From Laetmonice hystrix (Eukaryota), in the NCBI GenBank assembly GCA_965235115.1, contig OZ249436.1:17858001-17918000 (forward strand): 60,000 nucleotides of DNA, written 5' to 3'. A model generated the notes under the pieces. That model had not been told where the DNA came from, did no database searches, and was given only the letters and a program-made list of their open reading frames with translations. The position numbers and the translations under genes are program-made. Positions 53,976-60,000 of this stretch are shown piece after piece (positions within the stretch are counted from its first letter, which is position 1; each line of letters opens with the position of its first letter).

Positions 53976-55871
53976 CACTCGCCGACGCCCGCCAAGTCTT
54001 AAAGGAGCACGTGTTATTCCATGCGTGGTCGGCCGAGACTAGTGGCGCTACCTACGCTACCCCCCGACGAGTTTTCCCCCACATTAATCAGGTCAATAGT
54101 CGCCCCCAAATAAATCCTCTGCGAAGCAAGCTTAATGCATTCAGACAGGCAATCGGCCTGGGGAACATTTAAAAGAAGCACTTATTTCAGCACCGACGTC
54201 GGGCAGAAATGACGGGGTTGAAAAAGAACCTAATTAGGAATAATTGGGTTTTACCACATTTTGGATTATTATCAAAAACAACTGTCGGCTGGCGGGAAGT
54301 GGAAGTGGGAACAGACGTCATTGTACTGTGAGAGGTTATGACAGACAACCTTGGTACACCTTTTGGAAGGAATACAAAGACATTCATCAAAGACAGACAA
54401 TCGAGTCAGAGTTGACCGAATTATTATTGTTTTCTTTCCACAACCCAAATGTAGCCTGGGACCAAGTCAATAGGTAGGCCTACGAAAATCAGTGCATGAG
54501 ATGCAATTGGAAAAAACGCGGAAGACGAAATCAATGCTAGATAATCAATTTATTCATCATTTAACAAGTTTGACATGGTTGGTGCAGACAAATGATGAAT
54601 AAACCAAATACATGAAGAGCGACGATCCCTTTGATATGATAAGGCAGACAATGGCGCCATCTAGCGGAACCTTGAACCGGAAATGTGACGTCGATTGACA
54701 TATTTTTTCTACCCGCCCCCACACCCGTGTTTCTAGTTGGCTTGAAATCAACCGTTAAATCAACAAGTATAGAATTATTCTATACTTGTTGGTTAAATCT
54801 AACGCCCTGGACGATATACTGGTGGCGCCCCCTAGGTAGGTATCCAGACGGCCCCGTCTCGCGCTCTCCGAACTTTGTTCAGCAAGTTCTGGTTGATCGA
54901 CGCTCCAGGCGGATGATGGTCGCCTGTCTCTGGTCGCAGAGATTGTGGCCATCTTGAGATCACATTGGCGAAAGGACCAACAGAAAAACACCCGTGTCTC
55001 CAGTAAACTGTTCCATAATGTTCCCGCCTGAAGGTACATTGTGTGCCCCAAACCCTCAACCTATAGCTGCAGGGCTCAGTCGAATGCCTTTAATTTCCGT
55101 TACTTCTCATTCGTTAAAATGACCCTTCGAAATGCATTGGCATTTTAACAGCAGCGCTTCCAGTCACGTGACTAGCTCACGGTCATGTGACTGGCAGGGT
55201 ATGGACTAAGCGAGGTCCGTTTTGTCGATGATTGGCTGGCGACGAAACGACCATCAGAAACCGTCAGTTCATGTCCCCGCAGGTTCCATGGTCCACCAGT
55301 GATAACCTGGACCCGTTTAAAAACATGCCCACCTCAACCATCAACCGTCTAATGTCGCTTCATAATTCTTTTCGCCATGCAAGCATGTGTCTCGGCATCT
55401 CGCGAGAGTTGCGACCTCTGCGCGTGGACAGGGCTCGATCAATGGCCGCGCGAGCCACGTCAATATGTGACGTCAATAGTTAACGTCAATACTTGACGTC
55501 CACGCGCTATCCTGGGCGTTCACGGAGGAGTACATGTAAGTCAGCAACGTCTGAAATGACACGACGTCAGCCCGGAGGTAATAATTAGCCTTGACATGAT
55601 CAATATGGCCTGTCTGCATGTAATCGTCCTTTTTAACACTGTTAGATAATGCGCGGGGCATATTTCTCATTAGGCTTTCAGCGAAACTAGCAATTACTTG
55701 ATTAACAAGCGAAAGGGTTGGGTTAAATTACTTCAAGGGCTGGCAGTATGACTGTTGGTGCATCGCCAAGATGGGATAGAATCGAGAATCCTATTCAAAA
55801 GGTTGCCTTGGCTTGATGTATTAACGTTTGGGAGTTTAGCTATTCGCCAACTGAAGGGAATATGACTGTAC

Positions 55872-55905
55872 TACCCTACCCCCTACCCCCTACCCCCTAC
55901 CCCCT
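55872..55905. repeat. (TACCCCC)n short repeat
   Basis: About 4-5 copies. Confidence 0.85.
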
Positions 55906-56244
55906 CCGCAGCCACTCAGACAAACCGACGTTTTGTTGACTTCGTATATACAGAGTGTCCCAAAAGAATTGTTCAGGCTAAACTAGGCAACCTCAGAACT
56001 TTTGTTCCCCCATATCCTGATAGGGAATCTTCTTACATGAATAATTCATCAAAATCAAAATCACGTTATGCCGTTTTTGGTGGAGCAAAGTAGTTGTCTC
56101 TTTTTACAGTGGCCAGTTCTAGCTGTCAGATAATGAGATCTGGCTAATTAACTAGGGTGTTACTTTGCTGCACTAAACATGACAAAACTTTTGATTTCCT
56201 TGACTGATTTTGATGAAGATTCCCCATCAGAATCCGGGGACACT

Positions 56245-56373
56245 GGGGGCTGATTCACTAAGCGCGTCGGACCGTCCGACCGGCGACGGACCAAAAATTG
56301 CAGGCCCTACAACCAAGCGACAGACTGTCCGTCGCCGGTCGGACGGTCCGACGCGCTTTAGTGAAACAGCTTG
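56245..56373. mobile_element. Small foldback MITE (Harbinger-like end)
   Basis: GCTGATTCACTAAGCGCGTCGGACCGTCCGACCGGCGACGGA is inverted at 56328-56370 with ~2 differences and a ~37-nt loop; possible CTG target site. Confidence 0.75.
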
Positions 56374-58149
56374 CCTGGTTTGGCGTGGACATGTTTGTGG
56401 CCACACTGTATAGGTACCTACGTAGAGAACAACTTCTCTTTGAATAGTGAGGAGGGTCACATGACCTGTTGGTGTATAGTTGGAAGGTCGCGTGGCAACG
56501 TGATGTCACGCCACGTCATGACGTTTTATGACTGAATGGCGTTTCTTGTTCAGAAATCAAGGTCACGTGACATTATGATATTAACCAACAGATGAAGTCA
56601 TGTGACGATGGTCGATTGGGGTCATGATTTGACGTCAAGCGTTTTCCCCTTCACGTTGTTTTTGTCACCGGATCTTTTTAACTCAGCGCCTCCCCTTGTC
56701 TGAGCCTCACCATGTCACCAAGGAGAGCCAGAAATCAGTGCAGTCGTATTGTGGAGGCTCCTACCAGAGATAAAGCATTCATACGATGTGAATATAATAG
56801 AATCAGCAATGTGACATCCCAAGGCCATCAGCAACACCATTAGGCCCACAGCATGTTTAGCTATTCGGGCAAATGCGAAAAATTTCTAGTCCCGACGGAA
56901 ACATAATATTCAGCAAAGCGTTAAATCCATTCCTCCGCGAAGCGCCATCTAGCGTCACACCCATATTTTAATCAAGCTTTTGTTTGACGCCAATATTTAT
57001 CAACACGAGCAAGGTAAACATGTACAGGCAAATACAGGCATACCACGTGATTCCTAGAATAACAGGTTTCCAAGTGTAATCTGCATTTCTTTCACCGCTC
57101 TGCAGCATTCCTCATGAAGTCACACAGCCATTTCATTTTATTACAACGAGATGGTTCCGCCATATATTCTTTCACAGAAACCAAGAGTCTACTTGAATTA
57201 TATATAAGGAACTCCAAGCCCATGCAGGTTGTGTTGGAGCTGCTGCTGCTGCTGCTGCCCACTCAGAACCGTGATTTATCATTACAAATACTCATGAAGA
57301 AGTACCAATCACTCGTAATAACGCCTAATCCAACGTGTCTTAGCAGTTAAGGTAATAAAGCGGACGGCCGCGCTGTGTCCTCCTGATAGCACCACATTAC
57401 CATTGTGCTGCTCCTCCCGCCCACCAGGCGGCGCTCCGCCAGCGTCCCCCCCCCCCCCGCCAAGTCTCCTAATGATGCAATCAACCGGCGGCAGCATGTG
57501 TCGGCCTCCACAACCACAACCACCACTCACTAATATCACATAATATTTGCTATTCAAAATAGGAAATATCTTGCTCATGGGAATCATCTTTCCAATTACA
57601 CTAAATCAATGTCTCTTTCTGGTTTTTCCCCTCGTCTTGATAAGTCGTTTTCGTTTTTATCATGCCAGACGGTATAATACTATTGACATGGCTTTACAAA
57701 ATATCGCGTTCCCCTGAACGTTACACCGAATACGCGAGCCCTTGGAGCCGAGAGTGTGATGTCTCACGCCGATATCTGTCATTTAGGTAAAGCCATCTCC
57801 GACTGACAAAAAATGTCTGATAACAGTCTTACAGAAACTGTACTTTATATGAATAAGACGGTTACTTCACGTGGTAAAAACATTCCAACGGAATTGTCAG
57901 TACAGATTAGGTGCACGTTTCTGGATGGGGATAAGTTTTCTAAGGTCTGGAGACCAGGGACAAGTTGGGTGCTGGAAACTGTAACAGATTTTGTGTGTGT
58001 TAATATATGATATTGTACTAACAGATCAGTTTGTTAAAGGATACATGTTTTTAGGTTGGAGCATCGTCATTTCGGAGTTTGTATATAAACATGTTGTTTT
58101 AAGCGTTTTCGGATACGAAGTGACGATGGTACAAATAAACGCCCAGAGC

Positions 58150-60000
58150 CAGACTGGAAGGATGTGGATGGACGGTGCCGCAGCAGTCAGTGGAGACTGG
58201 AAGGATGTGGATGGACGGTGTCGCAGTCAGTGGAGACCGGAAGGATGTGGATGGACGGTGCCGCAGCAGTCAGTGGAGACTGGAAGGATGTCGATGGACG
58301 GTGTCGCAGTCAGTGGAGACCGGAAGGATGTCGATGGACGGTGTCGCAGTCAGTGGAGACTGGAAGGATGTGGACGGACGGTGTCGCAGTCAGTGGAGAC
58401 CGGAAGGATGTCGATGGACGGTGTCGCAGTCAGTGGAGACTGGAAGGATGTCGGTGGACGGTGTCGCAGCAGTCAGTGGAGACCGGAAGGATGTCGATGG
58501 ACGGTGTCGCAGTCAGTGGAGACCGGAAGGATGTCGATGGACGGTGTCGCAGTTAGTGGAGACTGGAAGGATGTGGATGGACGGTGTCGCAGCAGTCAGT
58601 GGAGACTGGAAGGATGTCGGTGGACGGTGTCGCAGCAGTCAGTGGAGACCGGAAGGATGTCGATGGACGGTGTCGCAGTCAGTGGAGACTGGAAGGATGT
58701 CGATGGACGGTGTCGCAGTCAGTGGAGACTGGAAGGATGTGGATGGACGGTGTCGCAGTCAGTGGAGACTGGAAGGATGTGGATGGACGGTGTCGCAGTC
58801 AGTGGAGACCGGAAGGATGTCGATGGACGGTGTCGCAGTCAGTGGAGACTGGAAGGATGTGGATGGACGGTGTCGCAGTCAGTGGAGACTGGAAGGATGT
58901 GGATGGACGGTGTCGCAGTCAGTGGAGACTGGAAGGATGTCGATGGACGGTGTCGCAGTCAGTGGAGACCGGAAGGATGTGGATGGACGGTGTCGCAGTC
59001 AGTGGAGACTGGAAGGATGTGGATGGACGGTGTCGCAGTCAGTGGAGACCGGAAGGATGTGGATGGACGGTGTCGCAGTTAGTGGAGACCGGAAGGATGT
59101 GGATGGACGGTGTCGCAGTCAGTGGAGACTGGAAGGATGTCGATGGACGGTGTCGCAGTCAGTGGAGACCGGAAGGATGTCGATGGACGGTGTCGCAGCA
59201 GTTAGTGGAGACTGGAAGGATGTGGATGGACGGTGTCGCAGTCCGTGGAGACCGGAAGGATGTCGATGGACGGTGTCGCAGCAGTCAGTGGAGACCGGAA
59301 GGATGTGGATGGACGGTGTCGCAGTTAGTGGAGACTGGAAGGATGTGGATGGACGGTGTCGCAGTCAGTGGAGACCGGAAGAATGTGGATGGACGGTGTC
59401 GCAGTCAGTGGAGACTGGAAGGATGTCGGTGGACGGTGTCGCAGCAGTCAGTGGAGACCGGAAGGATGTGGATGGACGGTGTCGCAGTTAGTGGAGACTG
59501 GAAGGATGTCGATGGACGGTGTCGCAGTCAGTGGAGACCGGAAGGATGTGGATGGACGGTGTCGCAGTCAGTGGAGACCGGAAGGATGTGGATGGACGGT
59601 GTCGCAGTCAGTGGAGACCGGAAGAATGTGGATGGACGGTGTCGCAGTCAGTGGAGATCGGAAGGATGTGGATGGGCGGTGTCGCAGTCAGTGAAGACCG
59701 GAAGGATGTCGATGGACGGTATCGCAGTCAGTGGAGACTGGAAGGATGTCGATGGACGGTATCGCAGTCAGTGGAGATCGGAAGGATGTGGACGGACGGT
59801 GTCGCAGTCAGTGGAGATCGGAAGGATGTGGACGGACGGTGTCGCAGTCAGTGGAGACTGGAAGGATGTGGATGGACGGTGTCGCAGTCAGTGGAGACTG
59901 GAAGGATGTCGATGGACGGTATCGCAGTCAGTGGAGATCGGAAGGATGTGGACGGACGGTGTCGCAGTCAGTGGAGACTGGAAGGATGTCGATGGACGGT
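58150..60000. repeat. Minisatellite, 40/43-bp unit, >45 copies, truncated by window end
   Basis: GACTGGAAGGATGTCGATGGACGGTGTCGCAG(CAG)TCAGTGGA. Confidence 0.97.

Noticed and set aside
55947..55965. Tc1/mariner-like end TACAGAGTGTCCCAAAA (and hAT-like TAGGGCTGTCAA at ~13652)
   Set aside because: No matching opposite terminus found
57991..59694. 363- and 438-aa ORFs
   Set aside because: The 40-bp unit cycles frames; repeat artefact. The same applies to 14839-15777, 18732-19360, 23960-25253 and 37769-40241
1..60000. CRISPR arrays among the 23-47-bp repeats
   Set aside because: Units are head-to-tail with no unique spacers, there are no cas genes, and the context is eukaryotic

Overview
Eukaryotic, most likely bilaterian invertebrate, intronic or intergenic DNA. 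I found no prokaryotic genes, rRNA, tRNA or CRISPR array, and no recognisable protein domain or transposase. Roughly 35-40% of the window is tandem repeat: about 18 unrelated, homogeneous minisatellite arrays (units 23-81 bp, 0.3-3.2 kb) plus AG/CT microsatellites, separated by 1-5 kb unique spacers. Nearly all long ORFs in the supplied track are by-products of these arrays. The spacers hold several small non-autonomous DNA transposons: a nested TIR pair at 1.9-2.4 kb, a hAT-like element with a 5-bp TSD at 50.7 kb and a foldback element at 56.3 kb. They also contain TA-NNNN-TA palindromes resembling transposon excision footprints and about ten CTCF-like motifs. The best gene-related signal is a promoter-like motif cluster at about 50.24 kb. 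It has a perfect splice donor downstream on + and three phase-compatible candidate exons on -. The most unusual array (19.75-22.35 kb) keeps an 877-codon frame open, with in-frame 6-bp footprint-like inserts and mostly synonymous variation. All gene calls are tentative.
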